A stretch of 34,475 nucleotides of DNA from Conidiobolus incongruus B7586 (lineage: Eukaryota): contig JNEM01006578.1 of NCBI GenBank assembly GCA_000697335.1, positions 1-34,475 on the forward strand, written 5' to 3'. The position numbers and the translations under genes are program-made. The notes under the pieces were generated by a model that was given only the letters and a program-made list of their open reading frames with translations, had not been told where the DNA came from and did no database searches. Of the stretch, positions 23,895 to 34,475 are shown in pieces (within the stretch, counting starts at the first letter, position 1; each line of letters starts with the position of its first letter).

Positions 23895-26800
23895 TTAGGG
23901 GAAAACTTCTTCAATCTTGGCTTTTTTGATATCGTTACAGGGGGATAATAAATCATCGATTCCAACAGATCTCTTGGATCCGTTGCTAGCAGTTGGGGTC
24001 GAGATTGATCCATTGTTAGTATCATTGGCTTTGGATTCCCCAGTCTCTTGCACTATAGGGGATTGTATGGTTTCTTGTGCTTGGTCATCCAAAAGTAATG
24101 ATACGATTTCTTTGGGCTTGAAATCGAGGGGTTTGTACTCACCTCCCGAGATGACGACTCTGTGAATTTCATCCTTCTGTCTTGCACGCTCCAAAATGCG
24201 TTCTTCAATAGAGTTGCGAGTGACCATTCTGTACACTGTGACTTGACGAGTTTGTCCAAGACGATGGGCACGATCCATAGCCTGTTGATCCACCGTAGGA
24301 TTCCAGTCACTGTCATAAAAGATAACTGTGTCAGCAGCAGTCAAGTTGATACCGAGTCCACCCGCTCTGGTGCTCAATAAGAAAATAAAGAGCTCGGGAC
24401 ATGTTTGCCAATCGTTAACCATATCTCTACGATCGGAAATCTTAGAAGAACCATCCAGACGAAGGTACGAGAATTTTCGATACGATAGATATTCTTCCAC
24501 AATGTCTATCATCTTGGTCATTTGGAAGTACATAAGAATACGATGACCTTCGGCCTTGAGCTTAGGAAGCATCTCATCAAGTTTCTTGAGTTTACCACAT
24601 TCTAATACAAGTTTTTCGGGATTAGGGACGTGAACTGATGAGAAGGCTTCGACATCTTGGAACGATGATGGAAGTCGATCAGAATTTCTGATATATTGAT
24701 CCACGAGGGTTGTATCTGCTGTAGCTAGTTGCCTATAGAGAGGATAGAATAAGCTTTCTTGATGAACTTTGTTGGATTGAACATTGTTAGATATGACGGT
24801 GATTGGTGGAGCAATTGAAGGGTGGAGATAGCATTGTTTAACACCTGGTATCACAATGGATTTTTCAAATTCTTCGGTAGCTTGAATGGTTTTTAATGAC
24901 GAGCGCTTGATCAAGTCTTCAGGAGTTAGAATCTCAAAATTTTCATGATAACAATTGCTGGATGTTTCGTCGTTATCCCAAGATTTGTATGTTAAGAGAT
25001 CTTTTAGATGTTCCTGTACATAATTAGACTGATATAGTGCCTCTACATCACCAGCTTGTACATCAGATAGCATTTGGGGAGTTTGAGAAGTAAATGATAG
25101 AGGTGAAAATACACCATCATCCTCATATTGTGAACGATAAATGAAGTCTTTGGACCAAATATTTAGTGTTTGGTATAGTAATTTATGACGAAGAGAATTT
25201 GTTGATGTCTCTGCTGGCTGTGGCTCATCATCAAAGAAGCTTGGCAATCTTAATTCAATTGGATTCTTAGTTACGTAAGAGATGTAATTATCATAAATGT
25301 GATTTCCAGATTGGTATTTGGAAAAAGCAAATGACGATTCAATTTCAGCTCTCTTGAATAATTCGGGATGATTGCAAACTTTACGTAATTGCATGACCAA
25401 ATTCATTAAACTGTCGACATTATCCTTATCAGTAAGTGATTTAGATTTTTCGAGAAGGGATGAGAGAGACATGTTCTCTTTGAGGCCAGAGTAAAGCTTT
25501 TGTTGGCGGTTGGTCAAGTCACACATAATTTCCAATTCGATCTTCTCGGGAAGTTCGTTTTGAACACTTCGCTTTACACGACGTAACATGAAAGGTTTCA
25601 GAATCATGTGAAGTCTCTTAACTTGATGTTCATTTAAAGCGCCTTTGTTTTCAGCATGATTTTCAATATCTTTGGAGAACCATTCGCTGAACTCATCGTG
25701 AGAATCGAATAAACTTGGCATAATAAAGTTAAGAAGTGCCCAGAGTTCCTGCATATTGTTTTGGATCGGGGTACCAGTAAGAAGTAACCTGTTGCGGCAA
25801 TTGAATTTCCTAAGTGTTTTCCACCTTGAGCTGGAAGAACTCTTGATAGCTTGAGCTTCATCCAATACCATGTACTGCCATTTAATTCTAGCTAAATACT
25901 TTTCATCTGTTAGGATCATCTGATAACTTGTAACTAGAATATGGAAGGGAGCATCTTTGGAGTAAAGTTTCTTTTTGGACCAATCTTGTCTAAGAATTGC
26001 GCGGTCTTTGACACTACCCCAATATGGTAAAACCTTGAAAGATGGTACGAATTTTTGTAATTCGTCTGACCAGTTATGTAAAGTAGATGCAGGTGTAATC
26101 ACAATAAAGGGACCCCATATATTGTGAGTTTCAGCAAGATAGGCAAGAAGCGAAATTGCTTGAACAGTTTTACCAAGACCCATTTCATCAGCTAAAATGC
26201 CATTAATACCCAATTCGTACAAATTAGCAAGCCAGTTGAGACCCTTCAATTGGTAGTTCTTCAATTGACACATCAAAATCTTGGGCTGTTCAATGTTGGA
26301 ATCAGTTCGCAAACTGGATGGATTCATAAATTCATCGTCATTGGCACCCTCTGCAGCCAGTTCTGACTGTGCTTCAGCTCTGCGCTGTTTAGATCCTTCA
26401 TCAAACTGGCGAGTTTGTTCCAATTGTGTCTGGATAGCATGATGAGCACCTTGTAATGCCTTTTGTTTGAGAATTTCATCATTATCATCATCAAAGTCAA
26501 TTTCCCCTAGGTTGAGAGCTTCAGCCTTTTCATTATTGATATCTTTAGAATCCAATTCCTCAGTTGCAAGGATGGGATTATGCTCTATAGGAGTTGTAGC
26601 AGATGACTCTTGAGGTTCACCAGGTGTCGAATCACCAATATTTTCAGATTCAGCTATAAAATGAAGTTAAAAATTGTTATAAAAATTGTGGACGATAATA
26701 GATACTTACGTTGAATCTTTTTACTGACGAAATGACTGAATAGTTCGGTTTGAGTGAGTAAAAAGTTGAGTTTTCTAGCCTGTTGCATCTTTTCACGTTT

Positions 26801-27960
26801 CTCTTCCTCCTGCTTAGCCTTGATGAGAGCATCCCTTTCAGCTTTCTTACGTAATTCACGTTCTTCTCTTTCATTAGCCTTCCAGTAAGCCAACATTTCT
26901 CGAGTAGCTTGATTCGCTCTCCCATATGCGAGTCGTGAGATTTGCTGTCTACGCTTTTGAAGTGACTTAACTTGGCGAGCACATAGGAGTGCAATTTTGT
27001 ATGCAAGTTTCCTCTTTTCTGAATGTAATAGTTGGAATTTGTCTTGTTTCTAAATAGCTATATTAAAATCATAATTGAAGCTAGTTAGATAGAAATAATA
27101 CTCACCTCTGATATCGTTTCATGAGTCCTCTGCCAAGCCTGATCGAAAGTTAATTCGGGTTCTACCTTATTAGGTTCGGACGATAAATTTTGAGTATTAT
27201 ACATTTGACTATTCAACGCATAAGCATTAACGCGATGCGAAGTAATGGAAGGTTCGGTCACCGGTGGTTTATCTGTAACTGAGGTTAGGTGGCTGGAATG
27301 AGAGTACTGAGGATCAGATAGTCCCGCCAAGGACTTTACCGCGTTAGAGTGAGAGCCATTTCTTTGATAATTGGGTACGCCATTATCGCTTATACTCGGT
27401 TTGGTTTGCCGAAAACAAGTGCTGTAACTAAATCTCGCTAATTCTGAATATCGACTTTGTAATTCTCTATGTAGTGTTTTTTGCTTTTTCTAAATTCCAA
27501 TTCATTAGTAGTGAAATGATAACTGATAATTTTCTAATTACCTTTTCCACTTTATTAATCCTATCAATTAACTTTTTATGACGTATTTTTAAATCGACCA
27601 TATATTGAGCGATTTCGTCATTGATATCAATATCATTAGTTTCTATATCGGATAGGGAGTTGTCGGAATCGTTTCTATCGTCCGAATCGTAATGGAGCGC
27701 CGATGTAGGTCTTTTACCATTGGTTTTACCTACTGAAGCGTAGTGACGTTGGTGATTGTAATCATAAGTATTATAACTTGTAGTCATTGGATGTGAACCT
27801 ATTTGAATGTTAAACAAAAAGTCAAGTGAACGGATAAAAATAAATTTTACCAGAAGAATTCTACACAAGATGATGATTAGTAATTGAAGATATGTATGTT
27901 ATTAAAAGCACTTACAGACTCGGGATAAGGATAATGTTCAGAATGATGATGACGACTCAT
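23895..27960 (-). CDS. INO80: INO80 chromatin-remodelling ATPase, 6 exons
   Basis: DBINO domain (REMLAYWK...KLNFLLTQTELFSHF), ILADEMGLGKT, LAETHNIWGPF, DEAQAIK, split ATPase with long insertion, LSTRAGGLGINLTAAD and QAMDRAHRLGQ. Spliced frame is open from ATG 27960. Confidence 0.96.
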
Positions 27961-28507
27961 TTTTTATAATGCAAATTGAACAAATTAAGCAGTATAAAGA
28001 ATAAATAATGAAGGATGATATGATTGCTGAATTTTATGTGAGTATAGGATTTAAACATCAAAATACTTCATGATAATTTTTTGGAACTTCTATCCAATCA
28101 ATTCTCCTCAATTCAATCATTATTAATTCTTTAATAATCATTCATCCATGTTAATTAATACGCTTAGTAACAATTAATTAACTATAATAAAAAAACTATT
28201 TTATATTTTAGTACAATATAATAAATAATTAATACTATTTTTATTATAATATTTTCTATCATTTTTCTACTTTATTTTATTGGCTTTCATTCAATTAATA
28301 CAAATGATTGAAATATTGCTATTTCACCAAAGTGTCCATTTCCCATAATCACACAATGATATTAACGATATGTTTATCATACTATCAAATATTAAAATTC
28401 TTATCTAATATACATTCAAATATATAACTTTCCACTTAATATAATTAAGATTTTGCTAATCTCATCAATTGATATTTGTGACGGTGACTCTTGTAGAAAT
28501 TTCAAAT

Positions 28508-29323
28508 TGTTGAGGACATAAAATACAATATATTGAATATGATAGATAGAATTAAAGTATTAATCTAATACATGCACCTTTTGAGGATTACAATTAAAAA
28601 TCAAGATGTGTACTATTCTTAATTTCTATTCTTTTTATCATTAAAACTAACTTTAATTCAATAAATAATAACTTGGCTAAATTTAAATATAATTGAACCA
28701 TTAATCATTTCATTAACAAATAAACAATTGAATAATGTATCACTCACACGATACAAAAATAATTAAAATTTAATATAATAAAAAGTTGAATATGAACGAT
28801 TTAAAAAAATTACATTCAAATAAAATCAATAACATTAAAAATAAATTTTTGATAACTCTATTAATATTATATAAAATTAATTTTAGTTAATTAGAATAGT
28901 GAAGCTTTGGAAAATATTTAATTAATTCTCAATATTATTTTCAATGATTAAATTATTAAAGTTTACATATTTTTAAATTGAAAATTATTTGATTATAATA
29001 TTAATTTATATGATTAGGTTAGGTTTGACAATTTGAAATAAATATAGTATTATTTTCTTAATTGTATCAAACTATTAAAAATATTTAATTATAATAGTTT
29101 TTAATTGGATAATTGAAATTTTATTAAAAAAGACTTGAATAAATTGTAATAAAATTGATTTTAATAATCAAATAAAATTGTCAAACAATATAAAAATTAT
29201 CCTAATTTCAAGTAAATTTAACAATAAAATATATAAAAAATAATTAAAAAGATAACCAATTTAAATTATAGGATAATAACAAACGCGTTTAAAATTTTAA
29301 TTTTGATTTTTTAGTCCTCAACA
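28508..29323 (+). mobile_element. Candidate LTR/TIR-like relic bounded by TGTTGAGGAC...GTCCTCAACA
   Basis: Perfect 10-bp terminal inverted repeat (14/16 when extended) with TG...CA ends, followed after a 6-nt spacer by a PBS-like TGGCGCCA (29330-37). No target-site duplication and no coding remnants. Confidence 0.3.
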
Positions 29324-31193
29324 GTGCTTTGGCGCCAGAAACACTTGACACAAAATTAGGATTCCATATTTTGCCAAAGTGTAGACCGTCGGCCCAGTTG
29401 GGAACACCGTCAGCTAAATCATCGTTAATAACAAATCAACATAATCAAATGATCATTTACCTGTCAGTTTCGCCGACTTCTTCAGCAAACTCAGCTCAGT
29501 TACCCCGTGCAACATATCTAACGTGGTGCTGTTCGTAATTTCTGTTCGTGTTTGGAAGTCCATTAAGATATAGTCTTCGCTGGGCAGACGCCATTTGCGA
29601 CATACCATATCCTTAATCTCGCTCAGCTTCATCGTGGGATTGACACTGATTGTTGTAGTGTGTGCGACACCCTTTTTGTACATCAGCTGAATCTTGATGA
29701 AATGCGAAGTATTGGCTGGTGGCGGCAACGCACTGAAGAAATCGTCGAAACTCGAAGGTGCTGCAGCGTTTTGGGCCCGATGCCTCGGGTGTGATGGCGA
29801 TTCTAGGATTGGAATTTGTGTACGCCTTGTACTTGCAGATGGTGCTAGGGATCTGGCAGTGGATTGAGATTGTGTGGGTAGTGACGTTGTCTGGGTGATT
29901 GGGATAGGCGTTGGGGTTTGTTGTTGAGTTTTATTTAAAAGTTGTTGGTTCATTTTTTCTATAAAGGGATGAGTTAATGTGAATTAATTGATTGATTGAG
30001 TTTACCTTGAGATGGAGATGCTTCAACCAATGCGAATTGATCAAATGCAAATTGATCAATTTGTCTAGATCGATCCAATGCTAAATTATTGAATTAGTAT
30101 AATTACTTAATTGATGTATGGTTAAAATACCTGGGAAATCTTCGTCAATTTCGCCATCTTCAGCAATGTGCATGTTCCAATGGGCTACTGAACTCTGCTG
30201 TTCGTCGAGGGGAGGTTCTCTTTTTTCATCATAATACTGATATAGAATATAGCCGATGACTTGAGCTACAGTTGCATCTCCCTTGACAAATACTTCCATG
30301 GGTTTTGAAGGTTCGTCACTGTGAGGAAGCAAAATTTCGAGTTGAATGGCTCGTAATTCTCCTTTTCCAGTCTGTATATTATAATTAAAAACTATACATT
30401 CTATACTTTAAATAAATACTTACAAATACTGCATACTCCTCAGCAAATGGATTATCCATAACAGTTTGATTTGATTTAATCAACTGGGAAAGTAGCGACA
30501 CTTTAGGCTGATCCTGAACCGGCAACGGCACAGGACAAAAATCGATAATATGTTGCTGGGTCCTTCTACTTGGAGGTGCTTCAACCGTCATAGCACTTGG
30601 TCTGCGACTATCTTTGATCAAATTATTATTCACTTTTATTTCGGGAATACCCACAGCACTAGGTAATGGTAAAGTTCTGGACAAATCTGCAGGCTGCGAA
30701 GGGGGTAAATTTAAATGTTTGTTAGGATCCATAACTTTTAATCTAAATAAAATTGAATAAGATTAACATAATAAATTACATAGTATAAATACCTCGAAGT
30801 AGCCATTTTAATTTCACTCTCCAAAGTACTCGTCCCAATGTCAGGTTCCTTCTGATTACGCTCCACCGACTCCTGTAAACTCTCGGGTGCACTCAAAGGC
30901 GGCCTCTCACTGATGGTCTTCAAAGTATTTCGCTCGACATTGCGTCTTGATCTCAAACTCAAGGGATTTCTAGGGGGGACGTGACCTGGAGGGTACTGCC
31001 TCACTCCCGACATAATTTCAGGGGACAATACTTCCGGAATATTGGGAAACGACGACCCCGTTTTAATATAATCATTGTTTTCGGTTTTTTCTTTGTCGAA
31101 ATTTAAAATTCTCGAAGCAATTTTGTCATCGACTTTCAAGTGAACTAATTTTAATTGGTGAATTAGATATGGTACATCGGTTATTAATGACAT
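29289..31193 (-). CDS. SIN1: TORC2 subunit Sin1/Avo1 (N-terminal, CRIM and RBD regions; PH domain not found), 6 exons
   Basis: MSLITDVPYLIHQLKLVHLKVDD N-terminus; SLLSQLIKS...NPFAEEY; CRIM ATVAQVIGYILYQY...EDGEIDEDFP|ALDRSRQIDQFAFDQFAL; RBD-like TTTISVNPTMKLSEIKDMVCRKWRL. The last inferred exon (29413-29289) ends ...KKSKLKF*. Confidence 0.88.
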
Positions 31194-31322
31194 ATTTTTT
31201 ATTATTGTCAAAATAAACTAAAAATACAATATAATTAATTTTTATATTATTTTAAATATGAAATGAAATTTTACATTTAATTTAATAGTCACTAATAATT
31301 TTACAATTTAACAATTTAAATT

Positions 31323-31331
31323 ATAATGGGA
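31323..31331 (-). promoter_or_regulatory. TCCCATTAT upstream motif (SIN1)
   Basis: 138 nt upstream of ATG 31193, sense orientation; one mismatch. Confidence 0.5.
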
Positions 31332-31571
31332 TAAAATTAAAAAAAAATAAATTGAATGGATGAATTTTTCAATTAGTATCAAAAATAATTTTTGTTTTAA
31401 TATTCAAATATTTTTTTTATAAAATATACTGATTATAATAAAATATAGGATTTTCAACTATATTACTATTTATTAATTTTTAAATATAAAACAACATGCC
31501 ATATACATTTAAAATTAAAAAATGTTAAATTTTATTATAATAATGTATATATTAAATGAATATTAAAGTTA

Positions 31572-32449
31572 TTACATCATTAATACCATCCATCCAATGA
31601 TGAAGTAGAATAAGCCGATGGGATAAAGAGCTAAAGCTCTTCGATTTGGAAGACAGGCATCAATTAGGAAACCAATGGAAGCTATTTAAATACACATCAA
31701 TATTCAATAATATATATCTTAATAATATTATATATTGATTACCATAACAAGACCAAGCGAAAGCAACCAAACAGACTGGTAAACGAACCCAAAAAGTAGT
31801 AACGAAAGAACTCACAATAGCTGCAATTACCAGTGGAAAGATACAATAGCCCAATAAACAAACATTTTGTAAAAATGAACTAAGCCAATATTAATATCAT
31901 ATTAAATATTTTGATATAAATATAAGATACATTTTACCACCCAACAACTTGGAGTTGATAGTCACCACACCTGAACCTAACCAAATAATAACGAAAACTA
32001 CGCAAAAAATGAGGGAACTCTTATCGAGATGTTCAAAACTAAAAATACTATAATATAATATAACATAAATATATTATAATTTAATTGACTATATTATATT
32101 ATTTACATAGCTAAAGTTAAACAAAAGAGTAAAGGGCCCCATAAATCCCCTAAATAAAAAAATATTTAATAAATACTTTTTATAAATATGTAAATAATTT
32201 TTTTGTTACAATCTTTTAATATATCGTTTTGTTTTTTTGTACTTAATACTAAAACAATTTTTTTAAAAATATTTTTTAAATCTCTCATCTATTTAATATT
32301 AATTAGTGAATAAATATAACAAATTTTTTAATTACCAAACTTTCTGTGATAGGCTCGTCTAAAGTATCATAAAATACTCTCGAGGTTCCAGAGTTGCCAA
32401 TACGTCCTGAAATTTCATTGGTGTCAGACGTACTTAAAGGTTGACTCAT
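31572..32449 (-). CDS. YIPF6: Yip1-domain Golgi membrane protein, YIPF6/Yip4 type, 6 exons
   Basis: DTLDEPITESL|MRDL, D|WDLWGPLLFCL, VTINSKLLGG, SFLQNVCLLGYCIFPL, RRALALYPIGLFY. Confidence 0.92.
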
Positions 32450-32556
32450 TTTATTTTGATTATTTTTTTATATTAATTGATTTTTTTTTTGCTTAATGCA
32501 TTTCTTTATAGTCCAGCTCAATTAATTATGTTGAAATTGATGAATAGTTTTTTTTA

Positions 32557-32565
32557 ATTATGGGA
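32557..32565 (-). promoter_or_regulatory. TCCCATAAT upstream motif (YIPF6)
   Basis: Exact copy 116 nt upstream of ATG 32449, sense orientation. Confidence 0.6.
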
Positions 32566-34475
32566 TATTTGATTATTATTTAATCTATTATTAATATAAT
32601 AATAATAATTTTGAAAAATAAAAATTTAAAATATTTTATATTAGTTTGTATTATTTTAACAAAAAAAATTTATAAACTTTAGTTTATATCGATTAAATAA
32701 TTATTAGTAATATATTCAAATAATTGAGTGAAAAATGAGTTTGATTTTTTTATAAAATAAATTTAATTTTCAAAATATTTAAATAATTATTAATTATATT
32801 AGAATTACTTAAATTATTATCAGACCTTAAATTTCAAGGATATTTAAGATAGAGCAGCTAGTTAATGTTTTTATACTCAAAAGGCTACATATTATTATTC
32901 TATCTCTTATTTTAATACATTTGAAATAAAAATTCAATATGAATTAAATTTAACATAAAAAGATATATGATTGAAATTATTTGAATGTTTTTAAATGAAT
33001 GACCATTTTCATGGCGATTCCAAACTTTTAATCACTATCTGCGGTTCTTGATGACGAAAGTGATAATGCACAATAATTATTAGATAATAGCGTTATCTCA
33101 CACCTTATCCAATTTTCGAATTACAACTTTTTGTGATATCAATATGATAAATTCATTATGTCATTTTTAATTGATTCTCGAATGAATTTTAATTTCATCA
33201 ATTGCAAAATGTATCTAACTACACTATTACTACCATTTATTTTGAGTGTATCATAACAAGTAACCATTAAAATTTTTTTGAATTTATTATTTAAAGAATA
33301 ATAATATATTACAAAGTTGAATCAATGTTCAATAATAAATCACCTTTAACAATTAGTATCAAATATCCATATATCCATCAAATTTTTATATAATATTCTA
33401 ATATAAATAAATTGAATAATATTTTTATATTATCTTTTTTACTAGATTTAATATTTTTTTTTCGATAGTTATATAGTCTTCCTAGAAATAGGTTTTTTAT
33501 TGCTTTTAGTCAATATTGATTTATGATAATTTTATATACTGACGATATTAAAGATATAATATAATATTAATTTACTTAAAACAATTTATACAGTAAAAAT
33601 AGTTTCTAATTTGGAAAATTAGCAATTCGATTAGTTTATTTTGAGAGACTGAAATGTGAAAAATTATATCATGAAAACCAAGTGATAAAATTTGATGTTT
33701 AATAAAATTTTTTCTAAATATATACTTTTATTATATATTTATTTAACTAAATATCTTTACATATTTTATAAATAGTGATGTTTGTTTTCAACAAATAATT
33801 TAAATTTTATAAATATTTTTATATAACTTGGAAATTCATACCTAACATCATAAATTGGGAAGGCAAAATATTAATATAAACATCCTAAATCAACATCTCT
33901 CATTCAATTTTATCAATTAAAATATTTTAATAAAATGATTACAAAAATACAATACCTGGAGCCAAAAATAACTGTATCAATTATATTTTATTAAAACTAT
34001 ATCAAAAAATTATTTTAGTACAAAAATTAATTAATGTCAAAATTTTAAATTAAAATTAAAATTAAATTATTAATATATGAATTATAAAATTTATTACTTT
34101 CTATCATTATTAATAACTTTTTGTTATATTGTTGGCAAGCTTTTAATATCTAAAAAATAGTTTTTTTATTATAAACTAAAATTTGATATTTCACTAACCA
34201 AATTAATTTCTTAAAATAATAATAATTATATGGATTATAGTTTAATAATAATATTAAATATAGTAGTTTTTTTAATTTATTTTTAAATAAAAATGGATTT
34301 ATAATTATAATGCTTATTATCAAATAATTTAATTTTAAAAATTTAATAAAAAAATTAAATATTATTAGAAACTATTATATTAACTAATATTTATTTATAA
34401 TCAAAGTGTTTATCTATTAAAATATATAAAAAAGACTTTTTCTTAATATTTTGTTTTATTATTAAATAAAATATT

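Noticed and set aside
23792..25861. Small overlapping ORFs within INO80 (similar ones inside SPF1 at 12412-13525)
   Set aside because: Shadow frames of a highly conserved CDS.
29014..29023. TTAGGTTAGG telomere-like dimer
   Set aside because: Only two units; expected by chance.
32990..33400. Mildly GC-elevated patch, possible gene/TE relic or C/D snoRNA (TGATGA at about 33049)
   Set aside because: No open frame, no recognisable domain, no properly placed D box with terminal stem.

Overview
Very AT-rich eukaryotic nuclear DNA with many short (about 45-115 nt) spliceosomal introns. Gene content and style fit an early-diverging fungus; a Conidiobolus/Entomophthoromycotina-like source is an inference from composition and intron size only. 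In order, the window holds: tRNA-Pro(AGG); an intron-containing PEX10 pseudogene with several lesions; intact SDS22; an intronless secreted Pro/Gln/Cys repeat protein; an unexplained two-block ~50% GC island (7371-7910); SPF1 (P5A-ATPase); a small LYR-motif protein; MPP6; NOT4; HEM4; INO80; an AT-rich TG...CA-bounded LTR-like segment; SIN1/AVO1 that apparently lacks its PH domain; and a YIPF6/Yip4-like gene. The most notable non-annotated signals are: (i) a position- and strand-fixed WTCCCATWWW (core TCCCATAAT) motif 87-148 nt upstream of the ATG of 7 of the 11 genes/pseudogenes; (ii) the decayed PEX10; (iii) the PH-less SIN1 whose stop lies inside the LTR-like segment; (iv) the GC island with long-range self-complementarity. 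Multi-exon genes are given as start-to-stop spans; exon junctions were inferred by eye.
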